The notes below the pieces were generated by a model. It was not told the DNA's origin and did no database searches. It worked only from the letters and a program-made list of their open reading frames with translations. Shown piece after piece: positions 10,679-24,829 of a stretch of 64,000 nt of DNA. The translations under genes were made by a program, and so were the position numbers. Source of the DNA: Naegleria gruberi (taxonomy: Eukaryota); NCBI GenBank assembly GCA_000004985.1, contig GG738848.1, one strand, 5' to 3'. Each line of letters begins with the position of its first letter. Within the stretch, counting starts at the first letter, position 1.

Positions 10679-12826
10679 TTATTGTTTCTTCTTATTGAGT
10701 CTTCTTCGCACTAGGAATCCTCTAACTTCTTTTTGGATAACAACTGCTGCATGATTTTTACAAGTATTAACAGCTATTGTGAGTGCATCTTGTGAGGCTA
10801 ATCTTTTAGAAGGAATTGGATCAAGCCCTCGGGAAAGAAGATCTATCAGAGGTTCAACAAAGTGGTGATTACACTTCTTTTTACCATGTTTGGCAATACG
10901 AGAAAAGTGATGGTTTTCTTTAAGGTTTTCTTCCCATAATTTTTCAAATTCTTCTTTCGATGTTATCTTGGCTTGAAGATTGATTTTCTTTTTGCTTAAA
11001 ACTTCGAATAATGAATAACAAATACTGTAAACATCAATAGTATTTGAAGCTGGTTGGCCTTCATTGTGTTCTGGAGGAAGATATCTCATAGTACCCCCAA
11101 TCACAGGATCATTAACCTTTACAGAGAACCCAAAATCAGCCAATCTAATTCCATCTTGTGATATTAAAATGTTTTGTGGTTTTACATCTGAATGAACGTA
11201 TCCAGTTGAATGAACAAGATGCATTGCATTCAGTAAATCAACTACTAATTTCAAATATTTGAGTGGTTTCATATATTTGACCTTCTTTCCTTTTGTACCA
11301 ACAAAACTAATTTGTTGAGTAAAAAGATCTCCATATTTACAATATTCCATTACTAGTACATTACAAAGAGATTTCTTGTTTGAATCATCTACTTCCTCAT
11401 AAGAAAAATAGTCCAACATTTGAATAATATTCTTATGTTTGAACAGTTTTAGACATTCCACTTCTCTATCAAAATCTCTTTGGGCTCCATCTTTGTATTT
11501 TTTAAGCACGCAAATCTCATTAGTTTCCTTTTTAGTGGCAAGAAAAACAATAGCTGAAGCGCCATCACTCAGTCTCGTTGTTACTTGATAGGAATCCTTC
11601 TTTTTCAAACCCTCCTCAAGATCCTTACTATTCTTCTTTGTAAACAGTGCTGTAAATGGTTTGATGAGAGCCTTCCAAGACCTTGATTTCTTCTCACTGG
11701 TGGATGTTGAACTACTTGACGAAGTTGTTGAGCTTGACGTACTGGTTTCTCTTTTACCAATAGAAAAAGCTCTTGTTGTTTTGGTTTTCTTTTGTGCTTG
11801 TCTTGGCATCAAATCTTCCTCGTCACTTTCTATTAATCCTAACCTTTCTCGGCATTTATCTAAAACTGAAATAATTTCTTCAATATTTGGTCTCTTTTCT
11901 GGTTCAACTGAAATACATTGCAGAGCAAGATTCAACAGTTTTTGAATAGTTACTTCAATAGTAATATCAATTGATGATAAATCAGTTAGAGCTCTTTGAG
12001 CCTTGTCTTTCACAAATTGTAATTCGTTTTTCCAATTTTGAGGGTCCAACATTTTGGCATCTATTTCTTCATTACACAAAATACTCAAAATCATAGTACC
12101 AAGCATATGAACATCGTTCGATGGTTCAAAATCATTATCACTTTCATATGCTTCCCTTGAGTAATAAGTGACATGTTCATCATTCAAAGTCTCCTTAATG
12201 GTTTCAATTCCAAAACTTGGAATTTGAAGTAAAACCTCTCCATCATACATTCCTTCAATACTCTTAGCAAGAATTAAAATGTTCTTTGGAAGAATGCTGT
12301 TGTGGCTAATGTTTGCATCGTGCAATTCTTGTACTGACATACACAAGTCAAAGAAAGTTCTTGTGACGAATTGGGCTTTGGATTTTTTAGTTTTAAGATA
12401 TTGGTTATTGTACATAATACTTTCCAAGCTGATGATTGGTCCATCCCAAGTTTGTAAAGTTGAAGTTTTGATGTTACATTTAGCATCTTTTGCTGAAGTA
12501 AAGTACAAATTTCTCGTCAATCCTCCGTTTGTAATTTTTTCGAAAACACCATCAATTTGGATGTTGTATTGCGATCTTAAACTTGCTTGAATATACCTTA
12601 AGAGTTTTTCCTCTAGTTTGGCACTCTTTTCAATCCTGGAATCCAATATAGATTGAGAAAAAACAAAAACATTTTTCGAAATCTTATCATCACTAAAAAC
12701 CGGAACATGAACATTGGTTGGATAGGAATCTTGATAGATAAGATCTAAACCAATTTTATCATCGCCCATCAACAATTTCTGAATCATTACTTCATAGGAT
12801 TGTATAGTCCCATTATTTGATTCCAT
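10679..12826 (-). CDS. tandem pseudokinase-like / Ser-Thr protein kinase with C-terminal IQ motif, 715 aa
   Basis: It is a single ORF. The C-terminal half is a canonical kinase: VLKKYK (VAIK-like), HSDVKPQNIL, DFG and the APE-like segment PPEH. The N-terminal half has a kinase-like subdomain XI remnant (LQCISVEPEKRPNIEEII) but lacks the catalytic motifs. The C-terminus ends with an IQ motif, VVIQKEVRGFLVRRRL. Confidence 0.7.
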   Translation of the reverse strand: MESNNGTIQSYEVMIQKLLMGDDKIGLDLIYQDSYPTNVHVPVFSDDKISKNVFVFSQSILDSRIEKSAKLEEKLLRYIQASLRSQYNIQIDGVFEKITNGGLTRNLYFTSAKDAKCNIKTSTLQTWDGPIISLESIMYNNQYLKTKKSKAQFVTRTFFDLCMSVQELHDANISHNSILPKNILILAKSIEGMYDGEVLLQIPSFGIETIKETLNDEHVTYYSREAYESDNDFEPSNDVHMLGTMILSILCNEEIDAKMLDPQNWKNELQFVKDKAQRALTDLSSIDITIEVTIQKLLNLALQCISVEPEKRPNIEEIISVLDKCRERLGLIESDEEDLMPRQAQKKTKTTRAFSIGKRETSTSSSTTSSSSSTSTSEKKSRSWKALIKPFTALFTKKNSKDLEEGLKKKDSYQVTTRLSDGASAIVFLATKKETNEICVLKKYKDGAQRDFDREVECLKLFKHKNIIQMLDYFSYEEVDDSNKKSLCNVLVMEYCKYGDLFTQQISFVGTKGKKVKYMKPLKYLKLVVDLLNAMHLVHSTGYVHSDVKPQNILISQDGIRLADFGFSVKVNDPVIGGTMRYLPPEHNEGQPASNTIDVYSICYSLFEVLSKKKINLQAKITSKEEFEKLWEENLKENHHFSRIAKHGKKKCNHHFVEPLIDLLSRGLDPIPSKRLASQDALTIAVNTCKNHAAVVIQKEVRGFLVRRRLNKKKQ

Positions 12827-13295
12827 CTTGTTTAAAGCAGTAGTGAAATAAAGAAACTTGGCAGATAGGTAACTGACTATATAAAACCAACAACAATAAA
12901 AACAACGCCCCTTATAATGATGAGGTTATTTTTTAAGGATGAAAAAATTGTTCTCTTCAGTTTGACTTGGCACTAACCATCTGCCCTACCATCAAAGCCT
13001 TTTATTTTTCCCGCTCTCTTAGAGCCCTTGGAGAGATGAACACGAACTATGAAGTGGAGCTGAATAAAATTCTTTCTTCGCAATTAAGGTCTCATGACCA
13101 TTGAACCTCTTTTTAAGGTTTCATCTATGTTGGAATATTGCATAATGATCTGGGAACTCTCAACGAAATTCAACGTTTTTCAACTTTAATTCTAAATTCA
13201 TTGATTTTAATATTTGAATGTTAATACTTGATTTACAAAATATTTCATCATTAATATCATTATTATTAATAAATTTAATAATATTATAAAATTTA

Positions 13296-14720
13296 TTAAG
13301 CATGATTCTTTGTATGTAAACCCTCTTTTAAAATTGTCATTTTCACATCATCAAAAACATGTCTAACATTATCAGTATCAGTGGCACATGTAACATGAGT
13401 ATAAAGTCTATTGGGTTCACCTTCTCGTACTAATTTTTTAAATTTTCCAGTAATAAATTCAACTGATTCATCAAAATTATTTCCATCTCCTTTAAAATCG
13501 GGAAAATAGGTTGAAATTGGATTCTTTTGAATTTTCTTCTCAAATAAATCTCTCTTATTGAAAAATAACAGTATTGATGTATGTTTAAAGTATTGATTAT
13601 TGGCAATTTCTTCAAAAATAGCAAGTGATTCTTGCATTCTATTGGTTTTATCATCTTCATAACATGTTTGATCATATTCTGATAGAGCTACAACAAAAAG
13701 TAGACATGTTACACTCTCAAAACAATGTATCCATTTTTTACGTTCTATATTTGGTAATTATTATTATAATATAATGATGATGATGATGATGATGATGAAA
13801 TTATTATGATGATCAATTGTGATCAATTATGCACATGTGAATGTTTATAATTATTGATAATATTATGATCAAATATTAAATATTAAATATTATTGAATAA
13901 TATATGATTAAATATTCAATTTTTTTCAATAATATAATTAACATACCATTTCTTTGACCTCCAACATCTAATAATCTGAAATATAAATTATCAATTTCAA
14001 ATTTACATTCCACAATACCCGTCGTTTTAACTCTACATTTTACAATATCTTCATAGGTTGGTATATATTCACGAGCACTTATACGTTCAATATTTTCAAA
14101 GAAATATTCAGCAGAATCAAATATTTGAAATTCATTTCTTCTATCATAGGCCTATATATATAAAAAAATGTGTGTAAATAGTTAATAGTTTGTGTAATAT
14201 ATTGTAAAGTATTTAAAGTATTGTAAATAGTATTGTAAACTTACAGTCCTTATACCAGAATCATTCCATAATTTTTTAATTGCATCTCCAATATGAGGAT
14301 TAGTATCAAATTCTCTAGCAGCAATTGCTAAATTTGGATCAAGTGATTTAATTTTCTCAGCAATTTTCATATTTTCTTCATTATCAAATTTAATTTGAAA
14401 TCGTGAAGTTCCATCAATTAATCTTAAACAATTTAAAATGACATTTCCTCTGACAAGTGGCACATATGATTCAACTTCCTCACTTGTAAACCCATTCAAA
14501 TGAATAATTTTAATTTGTTCTAGATAATAAATTAAATTAATTTTAGATGTAATATTAATTACATACTAAATAATGTTGACTTTCCCGATTCTCCACTTCC
14601 GAGAAGAAGTAATTTAATTTCCTTGTTTTGTAAGAGAGCTTGGTTTCGAATATCTTCAGCAATTTTCTTGTTTTTAGCTCTTGCTAGACTTGGATCTTCA
14701 TTCTTTCCACCACAAACCAT
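13296..14720 (-). CDS. heterotrimeric G protein alpha subunit, 4 exons, about 360 aa
   Basis: Exons are 14720..14567, 14519..14245, 14151..13947 and 13744..13296. Introns are 47, 93 and 202 nt (GTATGT/GTAAGT...AG), and the frame is conserved across all junctions. The protein carries the P-loop LLLLGSGESGKST, KIIH, switch II DVGGQRNERKKWIHCFE, NKRDLFEKK and TCATDT. Confidence 0.8.
13775..13797. repeat. (ATG)n microsatellite inside G-alpha intron 3
   Basis: The sequence atgatgatgatgatgatgatgatg is directly visible. Confidence 0.8.
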
Positions 14721-15258
14721 TTCAATTTATGTTTTATTGTTGTTGTTGTTGTATGATGATGACACAAAATGATGATGATGATGAAATTCTTATTGTTGTT
14801 GTATCCAAACTGAAGATGATGGATAAAAGAGAAATGACAATTTTTTTTAAACAGGTGACATGATGTGCTCGAGAGGGAGATTTTGCTGTTGATCTTTGAA
14901 GGGTTTCTCTTCAATATGTTTCCTTTCATCGCGTTTTAATCATAGATGACAAGAGAGTAGTCGCATTTCAATGCAATTGATAATTATGGTAAGGATTTAA
15001 AAACAGTGATGGTTCAAACCTTGTTATTATTATGAAATGTTGATTTGTTTATTTTCAATGAACCATACGATTGGTTTTTATGGATATCACTTCTATTATC
15101 ATGTTGGTTCAGTTTGATTTGTGGGCTCTAATTTGTTATTGAGAATTATTCGGTTTGCCTAAAGCATTAACAAGAACATCCAAAAACCATTTTGGATGTT
15201 CAAATAGTGTGGTATGGCTTTTAAGGGATAGATGCATGTTGTTAAGAGGTTTGTAAAA

Positions 15259-18200
15259 TTACTTCAATTCATCATCATTGGATGAAATATTATCAGCATT
15301 GGAAACAGCAACTATTGGAACATAATCAAGAATTGAAATTGCCTTCTTGTTCAATTCTGCAAACAAGTTTGCAACAGAAACGAGTGAAGAGTTTGATGAA
15401 AATAATTGTAACAAATCTTCACAAATATCCATTACAACTTTGTAGTCATTACAAAGAATTGAAAGGAATTTGTGGAAATTTTGTAAATTCTTTGGATTGA
15501 GAGGTTTTTCAAGTTTAACACGTTTAGCGACCTCTCTAAATAAGTTTGTACTTGTTGGAAGATATTGTCTGAGTGAGTTAAAATATTCCAAATCTCCTTT
15601 CTTTACACAGTTATTGTAAATTGGTTCAATCCAATCAGACATGGTGTTAATATCATAAGCATTGGCTATTATCAATGATTCCTCAAAGTCTGCATGATTT
15701 TGAATAAAGGTTCTTGCTTCCTTCAATCCAAGTTCAACAATTATTGGCAAATTTTGGAGCTTCTTCTTATTTGGGAGCTCATTGTAAAACTTCAGTTGAA
15801 GTTTGACGAGAGCAGCCAAGTTAGTTGACTTGACAGCAGTTTGACAACAATCTTCTTTGGCTAATGATGATGCTGCAGATTCAAAATTTTCACAAACAAT
15901 CTTCATAACATGTTCTAGTGGTACATGTTCATCTAAATGTGTAATTGATTGATTACTAGAGACACTTGTTGAAGAATCGTCCTTGTCTGTTAATCTCTTA
16001 TGAATTACCTTGATTCCTTTACATCCTCTATTATACAAATAGGTTCCATATTCTTTTAACATGTTAAATCTCAAGTAAACCATTGCTAACTTTTCATTTT
16101 GTTCAGGGAATTTAGTTTGCACGTACGATGATAAGGCCATTTTCAATTGGTTGTTATTATCATGGTCTGTGTTCTTGTTCTTTTTGAGAATAAGCTCAAA
16201 CTGTTCATTTTCTATTAAGATATCAAAAAGGAACGTAAGTTCTGAAAAGTCAGGAATGGAAACAAGCAACCTGACAATAAGTGAAAAGTCGTGATCATCT
16301 AAAATTTCTTGAATAATTGGTCCTTTGATTCTCTTTAAAATTGACTCTATCCCTTCAAAACTTGAAGACATATGATAACAATGATAAGCTCTAATAATAA
16401 TTTCAACTTTGCATTTCAAGTTCAAAATACCTCTGGATTTCTTCTTGTGTGGGCTATCGTCATTTGTTTCATCATCAGAGTCTATTAATTTGATTAATTG
16501 ACGAGCAATAGATGATGGATCTTTTGCAATATTGGCAAATTCTGCAAATTCATCCATGGTGCATTTGACTAGATCGAATTGTTTTTGTGACTCTTTGAGA
16601 GTTTTGATTGGCTTACTCTTAAGTTGTTGGTTAAATTGTTTAAAGAATGTTGAAGTTTGCACACTTGCTGTATAGGAGCTAGAAAAATCAAAGCTTGAAA
16701 ATGAGCTACCAGAACTTGTTGATAATCTATCATCAAAATCTTCGGTACTTGAGGTACTGTCATTTGCTCCACTGTTATTATTATTGGCAGATGAGGATTG
16801 GAAATAATCTTCAATTAGAATTTCACCTCCTCCCTCTTCTTGATTTTTGAATATGGAAACATCCTCGTTTCTATAATACTCAACATAGGTAGAATAGAGA
16901 TAATTAGCACAAACTTTAGAAGCTCTATCGCTATCAAGATTACGAAGTTGAATGAAGGAAGAACAAACTTTAAGCTTTTCCTTTCCAAACATCATTAGCA
17001 AGAGTTTTAAAACTTCAAAATCATCCTTTGTAATAACACTATCATAACTTAATTGGAGAATTCTTCCAATTTTGTGATTGAGGGCAATAACTTTGAGGAA
17101 GTGTTTGGAACCTTTCATCTTATAACCAAAAGATAAAAGAGACATCTTATCTAATATTTGTTGAATATCGTCAAATTCATCAATATTGAGGACCATATCT
17201 TTAAGAGCAGAATAAATATTTGATGGAAGCGTTTTGGCAGCAAAGCTATTATTTCTCTGATCAGAATCTTGATACATTGTCTTGATTTGTAATTCATAAC
17301 CTTTTGCCAATGTAAGAGCAACTTCAATAATTTGTAAAATATTACTATTATATGAATAGTAATTAGCAAGCTTCTTTGCTTCTTTGTACTGTTCTTTTAG
17401 TAATAAATTATCAATGACCTTATCTAATAATTCATCCATATTGTTGATATTGGTTGGTATATTTGGTTGGTTTGATCGTTTTGAGGAATTTTGAGTATTT
17501 TCAATAAATCTGGCCTCTAATGGAGCTAAAACTATTGAGGCGCCACTTGTAAAAAAGTTATCTGCAGAGTTGGAAAGTAAAACAATACTCTGTACAAGAT
17601 AGTCAATATCTTTTTGATTTCTACATGGAGTTGGATTTGTTTTTGTCATTTCAATACTACCTCTCTTTTTGGTTATATTATAGGTTCCTTCATACCAAGA
17701 CAGTGCAAGATTCAACAAATGTAAAACGCTGGTAGAAGAATATTCTGATTGGTAGAGTATTGCTTGTTCTAAGAAGAATTTAGCACCACTCTCTTGCGGA
17801 TATCTGTGCTTGATGAAAAGATCATTCACTTTTGAATAGGCAGTAATGATATCTGTGGTATTAGTAACATAGAGTGAACGAACTTTTTGAATCTTGTAAA
17901 GAGCTTGAGAGTATGTAACCTTATCATTTGAATAGGTAATCTTCTTTCTATACATGACAATAACTTGTCTTGCCTCTTTGAAACAGTTATTTTCTATCAG
18001 AGATTCAATAAAATGATTTGGATTTCCTGTAAAGACATTGAGGTGATCGATTTCTTGTACTTCTCCAGACTTGAAAACTCTTTCAAATAATGAATTTACA
18101 CTGTACATATTTTCAAACTCATTGGTAACATCAACAATTAACGAGAATTGTGTCTGATGAAGTAACTGGAGATAATTGGTACGTTTGTATTGCGTGTTCA

Positions 18201-21200
18201 AAGACCTGGATAGTTGTTGTGCTAGAGCTGTTGAAGTGGAGACAACCCATGTTAAATCGCCAAAGTTAAAGTTTGGAGCAACCCCACTATTCAAATCCTT
18301 TACAACTTTAACAAATGTCTTCATTTCATCTGTTGCCTTTCCAATATTTTCATGAACATATGATTCATAGAATTGTAAGAATGAAATAATTGGATTATTA
18401 ACATCAAACAATTCAAATGATTGTGTAATATAGTGAACACCGCTTTGTTTTTCATCTTTCAGGAAATTATTTGAACAAAAATCTTGAATATATCTATCAA
18501 TACTTTCTGTCAACTTTCTCATATTTTGTTTCTTAATAGATATGGTTTCATTCTTTTTCATTTCGGTATTTGTTAACTTTTGCTTTAAAGATTGCAAATA
18601 ACATTTCATACAAGTGAAAAGTTCAGACATTGTATAATCTTTAGGGAGATAACAAGTGGCAACTATTGCAAGTAAAGGTTCACTAAGAGCAAGTGATCTA
18701 TTTAACAAATACTCAACAACTTCATCATTTTTCAAGTTGAATTCTTCAGCTCTCATAATTTCTAGGAATGCCTTGAATATAATATCATTTTCTTGATTTA
18801 AATCCGTAAGAATATCGTTATTATTATTCTCTATTGATAACTTAGTTTGAATATGGTCACGTTTTGATTTCATATCTCTCAGAACAATAATTAAAAATTG
18901 TTTGATGACATCAGGCATGAATTCTTCTACAATACTCATAACTGTCTCAATAGGAGCATTAATATCTTGAGCATGATAAAGGAATGAAATCCATTGTCCT
19001 TTCTTGGCAGTAGATTTTAATTGATTTACAAATGGTGGTAGACCATGTAATTCAGAAAACACAGATAAGAGCTTCCAAGGAGAAACATAAATCTTGTGTC
19101 CACTATTTCTCATACCATCTAAAATTTGAACTTGTGATGGATCAGTGGAATTCTTAGAGTTATACTCCTTCTCTAAAAATTCTTTGACTGAAATGTCAAC
19201 AATTAGCATGCTTTCAGTTGCTTCTTCCAACATTTTAAGAATTTTGAATTGAGGATGGGATAAATAATGTTCGTAAACGGAACTTGTAGATTTTGATACG
19301 GAAATTTGTAAAAATTCTTCGACGAGCTTCTTAGAAGGACTATCAACATGTTGTGGTTGATCAACTTGAGCAACAAAAGATGGATGAAAATCAAAAATTC
19401 TTCTAGCTACTTTTGTTTCAACAAGGATGACCTTGGCATACTTATCAGAATACTCTTCAAAATTGCAAAGGTCTATGAACATTTTACATGAGGAAGTGAT
19501 AGCTTGATTAGAAAAATTATTCAATGCAATTTCTCTGACTCTATCACAAAGATTCAATTGGGATTCCTTGTCCATATAATTTGAAAGGGGAAGTTGTTCG
19601 TTCTTTCCTCCATACAGATAAGGTGAGTAAGCATCATCTATTAAATCTTTCAATTCATTATCCTTGGTAGAATTGACTTCACTGAGTAACTCCTTGTAAG
19701 CTTCCAAAGGTCTTTGATTCATCAAATAGTAGGAAATATCAAGAACCTCCTTGATACTTGATTCATATGTCGAAAAGTTGAATAAGTCATCTCTATTGTT
19801 AATCTTAAATTGAGTAGGGGTTAATAAATTAAACTCTCCTTGATTAATTTCGTTACCTTCGTCCATCATTAAAATTTCATCAATAGACATATCAATATGT
19901 GTATGTTTAAGCATATCAAATAGAGAAATATCTTTTTGGCATGAAACAATGTTACCTCTTGCAATTTCGTTATTGCAAAGGTTGATAGTTTCATTTTCAG
20001 ATTGACTCTCCTTTGATAGGGTTGGGTTTTCAGAATGCTTTGTACTTTTTTCATTAAAAAGTGCAGAATGGAAGGTTGGATATGGCTGAAGCGCTTTGGA
20101 TAAGTAAGAACTGTTCAAGTAATGCTCACTTGTAATTGGTTCTTCCAAAGATTCATGAAGAGTTTTTGGAGAATACATTTGTGTGGAGAGAGCCATGATT
20201 GGATTTTCATTAAGAATGCTATTCAAATTAATCTTTTGATTATCATTATTTCTAAGTTTAGATTGGGCGTTAATGAATGATAAATTAAACATATCCTTCT
20301 TATTGGAGAGTAAGAACATATTTAACCATGATGGTCTCTTATCTTCAGTGAAGGATTTATCTAATGCATCCCAAATATTAAACTTGTCAATATACCTAAA
20401 GCAAATACTAGGAATATTTTTCTCAATACAGAAAGAAATAAAGTCTTTGTGGAATTTGCTCATTTCTCCCACTGGATGTAAATAAGTTGTGTTGATTGGG
20501 TTGGAAACAATATCCTTATCAGAATCGAACATATTGGTAGGATCACATTCAATAGACAAAGTTTCTATTAAATTAGATGGAATATCATTTGAAAAAAGTT
20601 GATAGGTTGCACAAAATCTTTGCAACAAGGAAATAAAATCCTTTGTATCTTCTCTAATGAATATTCCTCTGAATGCAAGACTATTCAACAATAGCTCTTT
20701 CATCATTGGACTACAAAATTGTAATTGTTCTCTGACAATGTTGATAACTTCTTGACAACTTTCAACAACCTGTTGCATCTTGGAAGAGTAACCTTCAGGA
20801 ACATAGAGAATATCTCCATCTTCTGTTTGATAACATTTCACACTTTCATTCTTCTTTTTCAAGTTTCCGTAGTATTTAATTGCACTCTTTGACCATCTCA
20901 CCAGTCCAACAAAATCATGATGAGCAATACAAAAGGCAAGCTTTGATTTGTTGGACTCATTATCGTGATAATCTTTTTCAAGTAGAATTCTCTCTCTTGT
21001 ATGTTTATCCCATCTCAATAACCAACTCAATTTAGATACAAAGTAAGAGGACTTTGACTTTGATAGTGCTAAAATTTTCTTGTTAGTGCTAGATATTGAA
21101 GCACTTCTCATTCTTGATTGAATAGACACTTTACGTTTAAAAACTAGGCTATCTGAACTATCTGAAGATACTGGTGATTCAACAACAACACTACTTGTAA

Positions 21201-24200
21201 TGTGGTGGAGTGGCGTAAGTTGTGCATCATCAGAAATATCTCCAATAACAATGTTTTTTTCCACTTGATCAAAATCTTCATCTGTGAAAGGATTATACTG
21301 TCCGTATGGAAGCACCTTTTCAAGTACTTTTTGAATGGATGTATCAGGATAAAGTTCTTCCAAAAGTTGAAGAAATTCTATTACATCTTGTTCCTCTTCT
21401 GAAAGCTTCTTCATTCTCTTCAATTCCTTAATTAAATGGTTTCTAATATTCTTGTCGATCGTATTAAAAGCCAATTCTCTTAAATGTTCTGTAACATCTT
21501 CTCCCAAGTTTTCTAGCATTTTAATAGCAAGATTATATTCACCAGAAACTAAATGTTCATATATTACAATAAAGGAAAGTTGTTGAAAGCTTTCAAAATC
21601 TTCAATTTCGAAAAAGTTGTTAGTATTGTCTTCATCCTCACTATCACATTCAGCTGCAGACTTGTGCTTTACGGTTCTATTTTTCAAGAATGAGTAACCA
21701 AGCGAAACAAGACCCTTAGTCAAACAATCAACAATTATGGACTTATTTTCCATATTCTTCCACTTGTGATAAAGTTCTTCATTGCCTCTCATTAAAATTT
21801 TGTCAAACATTTCCATTTCATTCTTTTCGTCTGCATCAGAAATTTCATTCTCCTCGGCATCATAATTATACATATCTTCTTCATTGTTAATCGATACACC
21901 TGTCTTCATTTCGGAACCGAAGAAGGATAAATCATTAAAATTATCACCTCCAGAAAAAGACTTTGTTAAAATTAAGTTAAATCCTGTTGTATAAATTATC
22001 TAACTTACCAAATCCAGGTCTATTCTCTTCTCTGAACGAAGAGTTTCACTTCTCTTGCTTTGAGAATTGAATGAACTAAGTAAATCTGCTGCTATTGGTT
22101 CATTTACTTCTTCTTCCTCTTGATTATTATATATCAAATATGATCTCAATAGAGAAATGATACTAGATAAAAGCAAAACTTCTTCTGGTTTTGACAAAAC
22201 TTGCTTGGAACTCATGATATCCTCAATGATTGAAATAGTGTTAGAAGATGGATTATTAATAATGTCATTTGAAGCACTTGTAATTTCATCAATTTCAGAA
22301 ATGGTTTGACTTTCCATAAACTTGTCTAACTTTTTGGCATTCTTAATCTCCAACTTTTTAATCACAGAATCAGTACTTTCAATCTTAATAGGTACTCTCT
22401 TATCTTTGAATATAAATATAGAATCAAAAGTATTTGGCTCTTCTTCACCCAAATTATATTCATTCTTTGAACCCAGCTCTAAAATTCGTTTTTCAATCAA
22501 TGAGAGAATGTAAGATATGGCTGTAGTGATAGTATGAATTTTAAATTCACTATCTTTTGAAAATTTAGTGTCTTGAATAAACTTGGCAATTATATAGCAA
22601 ACATTTAACTCTTGCTCCGGATCAAGATGTTGCAAAGTATCTTGTACAACAGCAAGTTCTCTATTTCTCAAACCAAGCTCTATAGCATGAACTGCTAATG
22701 ATTTTCTGTCCCAGCCATTAAGATCACATAACCTCTCAGCTAATCTTTGTCTTTCGTACTTGATAAGATTATTCAAAAGAATGCTCTTGTTGGTGTTTAC
22801 ATTAATAAAGAAAACTCCATGTTTGTGGGCATCCTCTGTTATGTAAAAGCAATGTACATCTGAGCAGTAAATTTGGGAAATGAAATTACCCTTTTCCAAA
22901 CATATTGCTGTGGTTTTTCCTGAAAGCATGTCATAAACTTGAAGGAGTCTTATATCAGCCTCCAACAAGTCAAAAATGATGTAGCACTTGTTATTTGTTA
23001 TGATATAGTCATGAATTTTAGAATTCTTTTCAACTGCATGAATAACAGTAATGCCTTCATCAATGTGGCTGATATTTTCATCTTTCCTAGGAGAAAGCAT
23101 AAAGTTGTGACTTGATGTTCTCGAAATTAAAGAGTCTTTTCTCGAAAATGACTCTAAATTACTATCTAAACTACCAATTGATCCTCTTTTGATTAACAGT
23201 GAATCCCTCATTATGGTTTCCTTTCGTTGTTTGTTTGCAACTACAAATGGATAATTGCTCTTTGTATCTTTCTCAGTACCAAAATCATCACCTGAATCGA
23301 TGAGAACACTAGTAGATCTCTTTTGAGGTTCTGTATTATCAAACCAGTGAGATTGATAAAAATTCTCTGAGGTGTAACAGAAAGGTAAAAGTGATTCTAT
23401 TGGCTCAATAGTATCCGTTTTCTTTTCACTTTGATTGAGCAGTTCATTGAAGGAAAGTTCTTCGTCCTCCTCATCACCTTCAATATCTTCCTCTTCTTCT
23501 TCATCGCCTTCAGTATCATCTTCTTCATCAAAATCTTCTTCTGTTCGTTGAACATGCTCTTCTTCTTTAACATTTTCCGTTTTTAAATCCAAATCTATAA
23601 TATATACATCATTGTCACATGTTGCTGTTAAAAGTAATCCGTTATTCGATAATTTAAAGTTACATAAATTTACAATATCACAATTTACAAATCCAACTTT
23701 CTTCTTTTTAGAGATATCCCAAATATCAACTTTGTTTAGCATTTCAGAAGGGCTGGAAGAAAGTGAGCAAAAAAGAAACTGTTGATATGCCAATAATTCT
23801 CTATATGTATGATCCTTTGGAGCTTGTATTGTAAAATTACTACAAATTTGCAATAAAAAGTTCTGTAGAGAAACTTCACAAACATGATTGTTATCGAATA
23901 ATATTAAAAAGTGACGATCTTCAAGAATTGGAAGTATTGCTTTCATGGAGACCTCTTCTCCAAAATTAGCATTCTTGATGGAGTTTGTAATTTTTGAGAA
24001 TGATATTGTGAATTTTTTGACAATCCATGTTACTCTTTCATTCTTGAATTTAAATATTGTTTCCGAATCGTCTGTTAAGAAATTAATTAAAATTTTCTCA
24101 TTCCTTTCTGATGGACTAAACGTCTCATCTTGGTCACTTTTAGAAAAGAATATAATTTCCAAAGTATCATCCCTAGCAACAAGACAATAACACGAGAATT

Positions 24201-24651
24201 TAGACTGAATGCCTCCTGTTGTGTGTGACCTCATCCAATTAATCCTAATTTGAAATTAAAATACTATATTATCATTCAATACATACGATTTAATATTTCC
24301 ACAATTATTGATGGTAATAAATTCTCGCAAAAATTCAAATGTTGCATTATCGTACTGTGTACTTTCCTCCAAAAAAAAGAATTGTAACTTGTCATTAGTT
24401 CTATCCAATAAATAAATAATTTCATTATTCGGAGAATAATATGATTCAATATTGTTCGAGCATTGATGAATTGGCAAACCGGAAGATATTTTCACAGCCA
24501 AAACTGATGCCAAAGAAATTGAACTTGGTGGCATCATAAAAAAAGGTTGATGATATTCCTCCTTACTAATTTTAAAATCATCATCATCCTGATCAAAGTT
24601 TGTTGGAGTCATCGGAGATGATAACTCTGAGATGACGAGGTGATTTGGCAT
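15259..24651 (-). CDS. giant hypothetical protein, about 3100 aa, 3 exons
   Basis: Exons are 24651..24287, 24244..22009 and 21960..15259. Introns are 24245..24286 (42 nt, GTATGT...TTAG) and 21961..22008 (48 nt, GTAAGT...AAAG), and both keep frame. This joins the ORFs 24256..24651, 22000..24234 and 15259..21909 from the ORF track. I recognise no catalytic motif. The protein is acidic with S-rich stretches and is probably a scaffold-type protein. Confidence 0.55.
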
Positions 24652-24829
24652 TTTTTCAAAAGATTCTTTTTATTCAAAGGCTTTAAAGATTTTTAATTAC
24701 TATTTAATATTTAATAATATTATTAAAATTTATTATTTTCTTGATAGAAAACATTACTATCGTGTATTATTGATAATTATCGTAATAATTTGAAAATGAT
24801 GGTTTAATATTGTACATTATTTACAGTCA

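Noticed and set aside
14681-14929. Two overlapping ORFs upstream of the G-alpha start codon
   Set aside because: They lie in the (TTG)n / (ATG)n-containing 5' region of the G-alpha gene. Their translations are homopolymeric (CCCCMMM, HHHTTTTT), so they are repeat artefacts.
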